From IMG/VR virus record IMGVR_UViG_3300024264_000002, positions 1 through 41,017 of that record: a DNA stretch of 41,017 nucleotides; one strand, given 5' to 3'. Below are positions 1 to 7,660 of the stretch, one piece after another. Both the position numbers and the translations under genes were made by a program. Positions within the stretch are counted from its first letter, which is position 1. Each line of letters starts with the position of its first letter. Origin of the DNA: a virus. Under the pieces are notes generated by a model. The model was given only the letters and a program-made list of their open reading frames with translations. It was not told where the DNA came from and ran no database searches.

Positions 1-379
1 TATTTACTAGGCATTTTACTACTTCAAGGTTATTATTTATAACAGCAATGTGTAAAGGTGTAATCCCATCTTCGCACCTAGTATTAACATCCGCTCCTTT
101 ATTTACTAGGCATTTTACTACTTCAAGCTTTCCCTCCCGAGCAGCATAATGTAAAGGTGTAATCCCATCTTCGCACCTAGTATTAACATCCGCTCCTTTA
201 TTTACTAGGCATTTTACTACTTCAAGCTTTCCCTCCTGAGCAGCATAATGTAAAGGTGTAATCCCATATTTGTTCCTAGCATTAACATCCGCTCCTTTAT
301 TTACTAGGCATTTTACTACTTCAAGGTTATTATTCATTACTGCATTAAATAATTTTTTGTTTAATTCGTGTTTACTCAT
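1..379 (-). CDS. Ankyrin-repeat protein, N-terminal part only (start codon 377-379; ORF runs off the left edge)
   Basis: The reverse strand from ATG at 379 reads [59 protein letters not shown]... This is 33-aa ANK modules encoded by 99-bp repeats. The start region is near-identical to the ANK gene at 39970..40782. It is absent from the ORF track only because there is no stop inside the window. Confidence 0.8.
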   Translation of the reverse strand, partial: [126 protein letters not shown]

Positions 380-528
380 TTTATTCCTCTATATTCCACT
401 CAGCTTTATTTCTAGCTGAATACGTTAATTTTAATGATCCACCGCTATACATAGCAATATGTTTTACCAGCTTAAAAATGTCTACATTATCATCAGCATA
501 AACTAAATAATTCAGTAGAGTCTCTTTT

Positions 529-963
529 TTAATTGTTGGGGGTTTTTGCATATTTATTAAATATTTCTAGTTCCATTTTAATTACCGAATCTACATTGTC
601 TGAATACCAGCTATAAAACTCACGTACAAAATCATTCCACAACAAAGGAAAGTTATTACTTAAATGCTGACCATTTAATTTTAGTTTTAATTCTTCTATG
701 GCAGCGTTAAATTCTCTTTCTTCTAAAAAGCCAAAATAACCTTTCAAAAAACCTTTATGTTCATCTGAACTCCACCCAGCATTAGGTTTTAACTCAACTT
801 TTTTAAATATTGGTGTTTTACTATTGTATTCTAATAAAAACTTAAGGTACATCCTAGTACCACAAAACTTTGTTGATGTAATTTCTATAAATATCTCGCT
901 ATCTAGAGCAGATTGAATTGAGTCAACTTTTCTACCAGATATTTCAAAATTATACTTACTCAT
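529..963 (-). CDS. Hypothetical protein, last gene of the RecT/exonuclease operon
   Basis: 144-aa ORF whose start overlaps the RecT stop (960-963, ATGA-type coupling). I recognise no motif. Confidence 0.5.
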   Translation of the reverse strand: MSKYNFEISGRKVDSIQSALDSEIFIEITSTKFCGTRMYLKFLLEYNSKTPIFKKVELKPNAGWSSDEHKGFLKGYFGFLEEREFNAAIEELKLKLNGQHLSNNFPLLWNDFVREFYSWYSDNVDSVIKMELEIFNKYAKTPNN

Positions 964-1766
964 GCTACCTCTCTAATACTTTGTAGTTCATTACTAACAT
1001 CGTCAAACTCATCAGCACGCATTGTTAAACCGAGATTCTTTGCCATTCTACGAATTGGCACAACTAACGCCATAGCTTCAAAATGATGACGCCATGGACT
1101 ATCTGACTTATGAGCACCTTTAGACGATGCCTTACTTTGGTCTATTTCATCACGATAACATACTTTGATTTGAGCTTCACCATTCTTTAGCTTAACTACT
1201 CCATAAGTTGCTATTAGCTTATCAAGACTTCTATCCCCATCTCTAGCTGGAATATGCTTAATATTTGGATTCATCCCTAGCTCATACGAAAACTCATCAT
1301 CTTCATATACTGCATAAGAATACACATTTGCTACTTGTGGGCTATTCCATAATAACTTGAGCCATCCTCTATAACCTATTTGAAAACCTAAACTCCCATT
1401 ATATGGTATCATCCAAACTTGACCTAAAGAAGACGCTGGGTCTAGCCCATATTCACAACACTTATAGAATGCATCTATCATAGACTTTTGACTGCACTGC
1501 CTTAGCTTATCGTTAGTATTAATTTCCCAGGCAAAAGAACGTGCCAACTTCTCAAACTGCATAGAGTTATTATTTAAGAATGGAAGTAGCTTATTTCTTC
1601 TCTTGTCGCAAAGGTCATATATAGCATCATTAGGTTTTAGTGCCTTTACTTCTTGTGTAGATACACTTACAACCTCCTGTGCGGTTGTGTTGATTTCTTC
1701 TTGTGTAGACACACTTACTACTTCTGATGTAGATGTGTTGATTTCTTCTTGTGTAGATGTATTCAT
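960..1766 (-). CDS. recT: RecT-family single-strand annealing protein
   Basis: The core ...CCEYGLDPASSLGQVWMIPYNGSLGFQIGYRGWLKLLWNS...VYEDDEF...IKH... is typical of RecT/Bet-like annealases. It lies directly downstream of a YqaJ-type exonuclease. The N-terminus carries a short tandem repeat, STQEEINT..EVVSV. Confidence 0.85.
   Translation of the reverse strand: MNTSTQEEINTSTSEVVSVSTQEEINTTAQEVVSVSTQEVKALKPNDAIYDLCDKRRNKLLPFLNNNSMQFEKLARSFAWEINTNDKLRQCSQKSMIDAFYKCCEYGLDPASSLGQVWMIPYNGSLGFQIGYRGWLKLLWNSPQVANVYSYAVYEDDEFSYELGMNPNIKHIPARDGDRSLDKLIATYGVVKLKNGEAQIKVCYRDEIDQSKASSKGAHKSDSPWRHHFEAMALVVPIRRMAKNLGLTMRADEFDDVSNELQSIREVA
1640..1766. repeat. About 51-bp tandem repeat (about 2.3 copies) encoding the RecT N-terminal tail
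   Basis: The DNA motif gttgatttcttcttgtgtaga(c/t)acacttac recurs. The protein reads STQEEINTSTSEVVSV / STQEEINTTAQEVVSV / STQEV. Confidence 0.8.
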
Positions 1767-1770
1767 ATAA

Positions 1771-2658
1771 CTAACCTCTCATGAATTGTAGAAACCTTGA
1801 GTGAGTTTCCTTTAAATAACTCTGATATATTTCTGGGTTTTGATTTTTTAAAGCTGTTGTATCCAACCTATTTATGGTCCTATCCTTTAAAGCTAGTTTG
1901 CAGAAACCAGCGTCAAGCTGACCTGCATTTTCCATATATACTAATATGGTGTTTTTTAATGATTCTTTTTCTTCTTCTAGCTTTTTCACTTGGTTGGATA
2001 CTTCCTGATATTCTGAAACTACATGACGAATATGATCATCCGCTTTTTTAACTAGCTCAGTATCAATTGATGGATAGGCTATTTTTAATTCCTCTGGTGT
2101 TCTAGGGCGGGGTGGTATTCCTTTAACTATATAATTCTGCCAGAAATCTATTACCGCTTGCTTAAGATTGGCCTCATACTCAGCATCTCTCCAATAAGTA
2201 AAACATGCATATTCCCAACCAGAAAATAACACTGGTATATCTACACGCTCGGCATCTGTTAACATTGCATAGAACGCTACTTGAGCCTTGTAATATTCAG
2301 GCAAACCATTATCCCACGCTGATATATTTGCCTTTGTAGTTTTAGCCTCAATAATAACATTCTGGCCTTTTATCCTGGCGTCAATATTTGCACGCATGAA
2401 TGGATATTCAGAGCTAACTATAGTTGGTATGTTTGTCTCTATAGTTTCACCACTGCGGTCTACATATTCTTTGAGTACAAACTCCTCAGCTAAGATGCCT
2501 CTACGCATATCCGCATTCATTTCGTCAACTACATCAGGGTTAAGCTTGTCATTGTACACGTCTAAAGCCGTTCTCCATGGTGATACTCCAAGGATAGCTG
2601 CACAATCACTGCCTCCTATACCTTTCTTGCGATCTAGTAAAAATTGTTCTCTACTCAT
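1771..2658 (-). CDS. YqaJ-like viral recombinase-associated exonuclease (PD-(D/E)XK)
   Basis: N-terminal GIGGSDCAAILGVSPW is the YqaJ signature. NIDARI...IIEAKTT matches the D...E-x-K catalytic core. It is paired with RecT. Confidence 0.85.
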   Translation of the reverse strand: MSREQFLLDRKKGIGGSDCAAILGVSPWRTALDVYNDKLNPDVVDEMNADMRRGILAEEFVLKEYVDRSGETIETNIPTIVSSEYPFMRANIDARIKGQNVIIEAKTTKANISAWDNGLPEYYKAQVAFYAMLTDAERVDIPVLFSGWEYACFTYWRDAEYEANLKQAVIDFWQNYIVKGIPPRPRTPEELKIAYPSIDTELVKKADDHIRHVVSEYQEVSNQVKKLEEEKESLKNTILVYMENAGQLDAGFCKLALKDRTINRLDTTALKNQNPEIYQSYLKETHSRFLQFMRG

Positions 2659-2893
2659 TCACAACCTCCCAATCATCAGCTAAGATATCTGCAGGCAAAA
2701 AATTGCTGTATTTAGACTCATTCTCATTATTAGGAAAAAAAGTTTTTAAAGGAATTTGCGACATATCACTTTCTGCCGTTGGTTTATATGCTACAAATAT
2801 ATGAACACAACGATTATTATCTGCAAAATACCATGTTTTTCTTCGTACTTTCCTACCTTCATAGGCAAGTTTTAAAGCTTCTATAATATTCAT
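2651..2893 (-). CDS. DUF2829/Tad2-like small protein (candidate anti-Thoeris signal sponge)
   Basis: From the internal Met the protein reads MNIIEALKLAYEGRKVRRKTW... and ends ...PADILADDWEVV. This matches my recollection of the DUF2829 N- and C-terminal signatures (EAL.ALK.GKKVRRKGW ... DLLA.DWE). I trimmed the start to 2893 because that ATG overlaps the upstream stop (ATGA). Confidence 0.5.
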   Translation of the reverse strand: MNIIEALKLAYEGRKVRRKTWYFADNNRCVHIFVAYKPTAESDMSQIPLKTFFPNNENESKYSNFLPADILADDWEVVNE

Positions 2894-3144
2894 GGCAATA
2901 CTACCTCCAAAGGTCTCCATACAACATTTTCTAACAAAATGCCTTCAGATAATTTCTCAGTAGCATCCGCCTTAATATCTAGCTTATCATTAGGCTTTAA
3001 CTCACCTACATACTCGGTATATTCTCTACAGTTAATTAGATACTGCCATTCATAATGACCTTCATCTAATATTAAATAATACGTTAAATCATCTATTGTA
3101 ACGTACCTATCAAAAGAACCTATAAACTCTCTACGATAACTCAT
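2890..3144 (-). CDS. Hypothetical protein
   Basis: ORF in an operon with its neighbours. I trimmed the start to the Met at 3144 (MSYRREF...), 2 nt after the upstream stop. Confidence 0.45.
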   Translation of the reverse strand: MSYRREFIGSFDRYVTIDDLTYYLILDEGHYEWQYLINCREYTEYVGELKPNDKLDIKADATEKLSEGILLENVVWRPLEVVLP

Positions 3145-3146
3145 GA

Positions 3147-3647
3147 CTACACCCCCAAACACGGTTGACTATAAAAGCTACGATACAAATCTTGCTGCGC
3201 TTCGCGCTCTCTCCTCTCGTAGTATTCAATTTCTTGCTGGAGTGCTACTGGGTCATATTCAGAAATATCCCAATCAACGCCTGCTCTATAAGCTTCTTCA
3301 AGCAACAACTCATAGTCCGCAACCTCATCTATAAGGTCGAACCAGTTTAAATTATTTTTGTCTATTGGGATTCTGTATTGAGAAACTTTATCTAAAAGCT
3401 CTTTGCCTCTATCGCCTAGTAGGAATTTGTTATCCGCTCTTTCAGATATATTCTTTAGGGTATTCGTGACGTCTTTTAAAGGTAGTCCAAAATCAGTTCT
3501 AACTTCATCTACAACGCCAACATTAGGCATATTAACTAGTGACATTATTCTCTCGCAGTCTATTTGTGATATCATTCTATCACAAATATTACATACTACG
3601 CCACTTATTCCTTTACTTATTAATGCTTTTTTGCTACTATATGACAT
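3147..3647 (-). CDS. Hypothetical protein, first gene of the recombination operon
   Basis: 166-aa ORF with a strong SD (GAGGAGG) 7 nt upstream of the ATG on the minus strand. No motif recognised. Confidence 0.55.
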   Translation of the reverse strand: MSYSSKKALISKGISGVVCNICDRMISQIDCERIMSLVNMPNVGVVDEVRTDFGLPLKDVTNTLKNISERADNKFLLGDRGKELLDKVSQYRIPIDKNNLNWFDLIDEVADYELLLEEAYRAGVDWDISEYDPVALQQEIEYYERREREAQQDLYRSFYSQPCLGV

Positions 3648-3716
3648 GATTTTGACCTCCTCTATGCGGTTGAAATTAAAGGCCTAATTGGCCTCTTTAA
3701 TATTTAATATTTTTAT

Positions 3717-3830
3717 TCATCTGTTCGAGCAGATGAGCCTTCGATGGAGCTAGCACTTGGATGTAGCTAGCCCCAAAGATAACTTAAGAAATTTAGGCAT
3801 CTAAGCTTTCGGTTTAGGTGCCTTTTTTTT
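3717..3830 (+). ncRNA. Candidate structured plus-strand RNA (two hairpins plus an intrinsic terminator); promoter not identified
   Basis: Hairpin TCATCTG/CAGATGA (3717-3736). Hairpin GGAGCTAGC/GCTAGCCCC (3746-3774, one mismatch). Terminator 3795-3830. All flanking genes are on the minus strand. Confidence 0.3.
3795..3830 (+). terminator. Rho-independent terminator, plus-strand orientation
   Basis: 10-12 bp stem AGGCATCTAA(GC)/(G.)TTAGGTGCCT with one G-U pair, followed by a run of T to 3830. On the minus strand the stem is followed only by AAATTTCTT. Confidence 0.6.
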
Positions 3831-3909
3831 AATTCCTTAAGCTATGATTGGAGTATAATGGGGGGTGAGGAGTTTGTCAAGCATTTACTTTAAAAAAAAA
3901 GTATTTAAT

Positions 3910-4419
3910 TTAATTATTCCAATTCTCAAGATACTTTTTTACTAGCCGCCTATCTCGTACAATCAAGATATTCTCAGCGTTTCGGGCATCTGCGGACTTA
4001 GTAAAGTTAAAAGAGCCAGTGAGCACTTTTTTCTCATCAATAATCATTATTTTGTTATGAGCTATGCCAGAAACTTTGGCTTTATATATTTTTATTCCTA
4101 CTTCTTCTAATTCTCTTATTAAGGGAAGTTTCTTTTTTGAGAAGTTGCTACTATCAAGGATTATCTCAACATTAACATTACGTTTTGTAGCTTCTTTTAG
4201 TGAGTTAATAATATCTGGATGGGTAAAGCCATACGCTTGGACGTATATACTCTTTTTTGCTTGGTCTATATGACTTACTATGAATGAACCGCATTGATTG
4301 TGCGGAGGAGTGAAGCATACTGAAAATTTAGACTCAGATGCTAAGGACGAAGTGGTAAGAAATAATAATATTAGAAAAAACTTGTTAATAGATCTCATTA
4401 ATCGTCGTAATGTCCCCAC
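3910..4419 (-). CDS. Secreted single-HKD phospholipase D-family protein (Nuc-like endonuclease / PLD)
   Basis: The N-terminal signal-like segment is FFLILLFLTTSSLA. The HKD motif is HNKIMIIDEKKVLTGSFNFTKSA (HxK(x)4D(x)6GSxN). Size and layout resemble plasmid Nuc and small bacterial PLDs. Confidence 0.85.
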   Translation of the reverse strand: MGTLRRLMRSINKFFLILLFLTTSSLASESKFSVCFTPPHNQCGSFIVSHIDQAKKSIYVQAYGFTHPDIINSLKEATKRNVNVEIILDSSNFSKKKLPLIRELEEVGIKIYKAKVSGIAHNKIMIIDEKKVLTGSFNFTKSADARNAENILIVRDRRLVKKYLENWNN

Positions 4420-4658
4420 ATACTTAATATTTTAATCACTTTTTTTTCTTCATTTACTTCATAGACTAATCTATGTTGAATATTAATTCTAATAGATCTT
4501 TTTCCTCTCAGGTCACGATTAAGCTCTTTAGAATTTAAAGGGTGGGGTTCTTTTGTTAACAAATCTCTTGTTTTTTTAGCTTTATTGTAAAGCCCAGCAG
4601 ATTTTAAATTACTAACATGTTTTAGTGCTTTTTTAGTTAGTATTATTTTATATATCAT
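4398..4658 (-). CDS. YoeB/Txe-RelE-superfamily toxin
   Basis: 86 aa, with C-terminal ...RINIQHRLVYEVNEEKKVIKILSMWGHYDD (HRLVY...HY signature). It overlaps the upstream YefM-like gene. Confidence 0.75.
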   Translation of the reverse strand: MIYKIILTKKALKHVSNLKSAGLYNKAKKTRDLLTKEPHPLNSKELNRDLRGKRSIRINIQHRLVYEVNEEKKVIKILSMWGHYDD

Positions 4659-4893
4659 CTGTCCACTCTACACATTCTTCTATAGGCTCTTTGCTAGCCT
4701 CAAGAATTCTTTCAGCCCAACCAGGAACAGAATATATATGCATAGTTTCTAACAAAGATTCGTATTCTTCTTTAGACAACATTACTGCTTCATTACGCTT
4801 ACCTTTAATATATACAGGCTCATGGTGGCTATTAACATCATCCACTAAAGTAAAGAACTTATTTCTAGCTTGGCTTGTTGTGTATATTTGCAT
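4648..4893 (-). CDS. Phd/YefM-family antitoxin
   Basis: MQIYTTSQARNKFFTLVDDVNSHHEPVYIKGKRNEAVMLSKEEYESLLET is the classic YefM N-terminal fold signature. It lies upstream of, and overlaps, the toxin gene. Confidence 0.8.
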   Translation of the reverse strand: MQIYTTSQARNKFFTLVDDVNSHHEPVYIKGKRNEAVMLSKEEYESLLETMHIYSVPGWAERILEASKEPIEECVEWTDDI

Positions 4894-4996
4894 AATAATA
4901 ACCTAATAAAATAATTAATATAGCTATTGTACAACATCTTGTACCATAAAAGCAACTTATTAAGTTTATACAAATCCATATGTGTCTATCATCATT

Positions 4997-5524
4997 TTAT
5001 TGCTCCTCTAAATCAAAACCGTATTCACTCATGCATAAATAAAATAAGTCCTCATCAAATTGAGTATAAACTTGAGGATCTTGCCTTCTGTCATTAGCTA
5101 CTGTCTTCATACCATCGCCAATACTAGCCATTGTCATATTATCTAATTCTGCATAAGCATTTTTTGTTGGCAAATCTTTATATTTCTGAAAACCTTCCGC
5201 AAGTGCATCTGTTGCAGTTGGTTGATGTGGTATAACAATAGTTTGTGTTGCCTTTTTTTGACAGACACGTTCAGCAGCTTGTCTTTTTAATTCCTGTTTT
5301 TCTGCTTTTGATGATTTCTTTTTAACAGACTTTGTTTGTTTTTGTTGTATGGGTTCATAAGCCTTATACTTCCAAGGGTTTTTCCATTGATCTAATTCTT
5401 GATTATACTCTGGTGTATTAGGTTTAATTTTTACATGACGATAATAATCATCCCATGATGTCTCATGCGTGCAGGAACTCACTATAAATAACACAAATAT
5501 ACACAAAAAGTTTCTCATATACAT
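4997..5524 (-). CDS. Lipoprotein (possible superinfection-exclusion or surface protein)
   Basis: From the internal Met the protein reads MYMRNFLCIFVLFIVSSC, a signal peptide plus a lipobox Cys. The mature part is Lys/Gln-rich. I trimmed the start relative to the ORF track (5572) to remove the overlap with the upstream gene. Confidence 0.6.
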   Translation of the reverse strand: MYMRNFLCIFVLFIVSSCTHETSWDDYYRHVKIKPNTPEYNQELDQWKNPWKYKAYEPIQQKQTKSVKKKSSKAEKQELKRQAAERVCQKKATQTIVIPHQPTATDALAEGFQKYKDLPTKNAYAELDNMTMASIGDGMKTVANDRRQDPQVYTQFDEDLFYLCMSEYGFDLEEQ

Positions 5525-5528
5525 ACCT

Positions 5529-5816
5529 TTAATCTCGAACAAATTGATAAAAATGTTCCAGTTTTTCTTCATTTAACTTATAACAACTCATTTTTTCTTC
5601 TATTTTACTTAATACTCCTTTTAACCTTAAACTCTTTAAGGCTGAATAAATCGAAGTATGAGATAATTTTAGTTCGAGTTGTAACTCCTTGGGGCTAATA
5701 ATCACCACACTATTTTTTTCTATATCTATAAATTTTTGCAAAATATTACTCTCTGCAACTGTAAAAAAGCTAGATAAACTAACAGTTTTTTTTAATTTTT
5801 CTTTATTCAACGTCAT
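5529..5816 (-). CDS. Small winged-helix/HTH regulator (candidate repressor of the switch region)
   Basis: 95 aa. LKLSHTSIYSALKSLRLKGVL looks like a wHTH recognition segment. It is transcribed divergently from the early operon across an operator-like repeat array. Confidence 0.5.
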   Translation of the reverse strand: MTLNKEKLKKTVSLSSFFTVAESNILQKFIDIEKNSVVIISPKELQLELKLSHTSIYSALKSLRLKGVLSKIEEKMSCYKLNEEKLEHFYQFVRD

Positions 5817-5868
5817 ATTTTCCCTTCTGTTATTTTATTTCTATAATATATGCATAAAACGTATATTT

Positions 5869-6010
5869 TCAAGTAAATACTTTTTTTATAAAGTATATGG
5901 TTGACAATATAAAAATACTAATTTAGTGTATTTACTTGAATAAGTTTATAACAGAAAAAAAAAAAATATACACTAAATGCTTGAATTAGTTGAAAAATAC
6001 TTGAATTAAG
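5869..6010. promoter_or_regulatory. Divergent switch region: four T(A/G)CTTGAA half-sites, a 12-bp perfect inverted repeat and candidate divergent promoters
   Basis: TCAAGTAAATAC (5869-5880) is the exact reverse complement of GTATTTACTTGA (5928-5939). Further copies are TGCTTGAAT (5978-5986) and TACTTGAAT (5998-6006). The rightward promoter is TTGACA 5901-5906 with a weak -10, TAGTGT. The leftward promoter is TTGAAA-18-TATTAT and overlaps the first site. An A12 tract lies at 5955-5966. Confidence 0.45.
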
Positions 6011-6196
6011 TGAAATAGTTGAGTTTTGACATGAATAATCATGTGATTGTAGGCGGCTATTTTTGGTAAAATTTAAAAAATAGGCAAAAAAAGAGGCCCA
6101 ACTATGACAGAAAGACCCTTAAGAATTTTCTTTAGTATCAAAATCGTTAACACCCCCTTTCGTGATTTATTAACTAATGTAAAAAATATTTTTATT

Positions 6197-6206
6197 AAAT
6201 TGCGAG
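6197..6206 (+). promoter_or_regulatory. AAATTGCGAG box, copy 1 (5 nt upstream of ATG 6212)
   Basis: Exact 10-mer; see findings. Confidence 0.6.
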
Positions 6207-6211
6207 AAATA

Positions 6212-7045
6212 ATGACAAAATATTTTTACTTCTTATTAACCTTAACCTTTAGAAGAATAAGGGACCATAGCTTTTATTTTTTAATCAAAACTAAACTACT
6301 TAAACAATATATGACATATTTAATTTATTTTGTAAAGCAAAAAATCCCAAAATCGGCATATTACGTAACTTGTGAAACTCATATATACTATTACGTTATA
6401 AAAATTTCATGGAGAAATAATTTGCTTGAATTAAATGCAATTGAATTATACGCACTACAAGATCATTTTCAAGATGAAGGGCTGTGTGAAGCTGGTGCTG
6501 AATGGTTATCTAGATTATCTGTTCATATAGGCCCTTACAAATCATGCGTTACTATAAAACAAATGATGAGGTATACAAAAAAATCTCGTACTCGTTGTTA
6601 TGAATATTTCAGGGATTCATTAAAATTAAAGTTAATCAATAAAAGTAGAACTCCTTCAATAGGTAATCATAATTGTATATCGATACAAATACCTATAAGG
6701 TTTTTATCACCTAAGCAAAAAGAAAACCCCTTCCTCACTTTCTACGGCAAACCAGTAGAAGAAATAGTTACAAACTATGATGGTAAAATCATTAAAGAAA
6801 TTAAACTACTAGATGTATACAGCACAGATGGACATATCCATTTTAAAGAATACTGGATACTCAAAGAAGTAGCTACAGAATCAGAATCAGAATCAGAATC
6901 AGAATCAGAATCAGAATCAGAATCAGAATCAGAATCAGAATCAGAATCAGACTCTATTTGTTTTAAAGCTGTACCTTATACATCTAAATCAAAACATTTT
7001 TTACTCAAAACACTTCAAATTAAACCTTTAGGAGTACACGCATGA
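6212..7045 (+). CDS. Hypothetical early protein with a C-terminal (Glu-Ser)12 tract
   Basis: The ORF track starts at 6104. That N-terminus looks like translated AT-rich leader. I placed the start at ATG 6212, right after the conserved box, but the true start could be further downstream. Confidence 0.4.
   Translation: MTKYFYFLLTLTFRRIRDHSFYFLIKTKLLKQYMTYLIYFVKQKIPKSAYYVTCETHIYYYVIKISWRNNLLELNAIELYALQDHFQDEGLCEAGAEWLSRLSVHIGPYKSCVTIKQMMRYTKKSRTRCYEYFRDSLKLKLINKSRTPSIGNHNCISIQIPIRFLSPKQKENPFLTFYGKPVEEIVTNYDGKIIKEIKLLDVYSTDGHIHFKEYWILKEVATESESESESESESESESESESESESDSICFKAVPYTSKSKHFLLKTLQIKPLGVHA
6878..6949 (+). repeat. Perfect hexanucleotide microsatellite (GAATCA)12 inside a CDS
   Basis: 72 bp of uninterrupted gaatca units encoding ESESES... 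Confidence 0.95.
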
Positions 7046-7179
7046 CCCGAGAACAAGAGCTTATGCTTTTAACAGAAAGATTACGAGTAATGATAATAGA
7101 AAAGCAATTTAACAATCATACGTTTGTTAACACTGTAGAAACATTATTAACAATATTAGAAGAACATTTGGAGGAATAG
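7042..7179 (+). CDS. Small hypothetical protein (45 aa)
   Basis: The ATG overlaps the upstream stop (ATGA at 7042-7045). The stop TAG at 7177-7179 abuts the next ATG at 7180. It is below the ORF-track size cut-off. Confidence 0.35.
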   Translation: MTREQELMLLTERLRVMIIEKQFNNHTFVNTVETLLTILEEHLEE

Positions 7180-7422
7180 ATGAGTAAAAAAGAATGGTGT
7201 AAGAAGGGAACTAAGGAAAAACGTGCTAAGAATCTTGATGAAGAGTTAAGCAAAATAATAGACAAAGCTTGTGAGTATATTGGTAGGACAGAGTTAACGA
7301 AGGAAGAAATAAGACACTGGTTTTTGCCTCTAATAGATAATTTGAGAGAAGTGAAAAATGAACTATTTATGTTTCAACTTCCTGAATCAATAGAAAAAGA
7401 AAAGAAGAAAACTGATGATTGA
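7180..7422 (+). CDS. Hypothetical early protein
   Basis: 80-aa ORF with SD GGAGGAA upstream, tightly packed in the early operon. Confidence 0.45.
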   Translation: MSKKEWCKKGTKEKRAKNLDEELSKIIDKACEYIGRTELTKEEIRHWFLPLIDNLREVKNELFMFQLPESIEKEKKKTDD

Positions 7423-7660
7423 AGAAGACCTGAAGAAAATAGCAATAGCTATGCTCATTCCGCAAGAGTGGAGAGCTAAGCAAATTGAAGAAGAATTTTT
7501 TAACCTGGGAAATAAGGAGCTTTTTAATGCACTGTTTAAACAGGCAAAACTAAGTTACCCGCTTACTATCACTGAAAGAGACTATCAATTTAATACGCCT
7601 ACGAAATTTAGAATCGCTGATCATACTGCACAAAATACAGGAGATAATATCAATGAATAA
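7415..7660 (+). CDS. Hypothetical early protein
   Basis: 81-aa ORF that overlaps both neighbours by a few nt (operon packing). Confidence 0.45.
   Translation: MIEEDLKKIAIAMLIPQEWRAKQIEEEFFNLGNKELFNALFKQAKLSYPLTITERDYQFNTPTKFRIADHTAQNTGDNINE

Noticed and set aside
1-113. Terminal 113-nt direct repeat interpreted as att sites or LTR-like ends of an integrated element
   Set aside because: The repeat lies inside ankyrin coding sequence, and joining it reconstitutes an intact ORF. No integrase or host flanks are visible. Circular-assembly overlap or tandem ANK paralogy is the simpler explanation, but I cannot distinguish these without reads.
3717-3736. TTCGAG-loop hairpin resembling a tRNA T-arm (possible tRNA fragment or attP)
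   Set aside because: The loop is 6 nt instead of 7. There is no acceptor stem or CCA context, no other tRNA arms, and no integrase in the window.
1797-4906. Plus-strand ORFs from the track (1797..2051, 2396..2683, 3143..3334, 3165..3350, 3403..3687, 4064..4273, 4691..4906)
   Set aside because: All are embedded antisense within minus-strand genes that have clear family signatures or operon packing.
6104-6211. N-terminal 36 codons of the 313-aa ORF
   Set aside because: The translation (MTERPLRIFFSIKIVNTPFRDLL...) looks like AT-rich leader. A conserved box plus ATG at 6212 gives a more plausible start, although even that start is uncertain.
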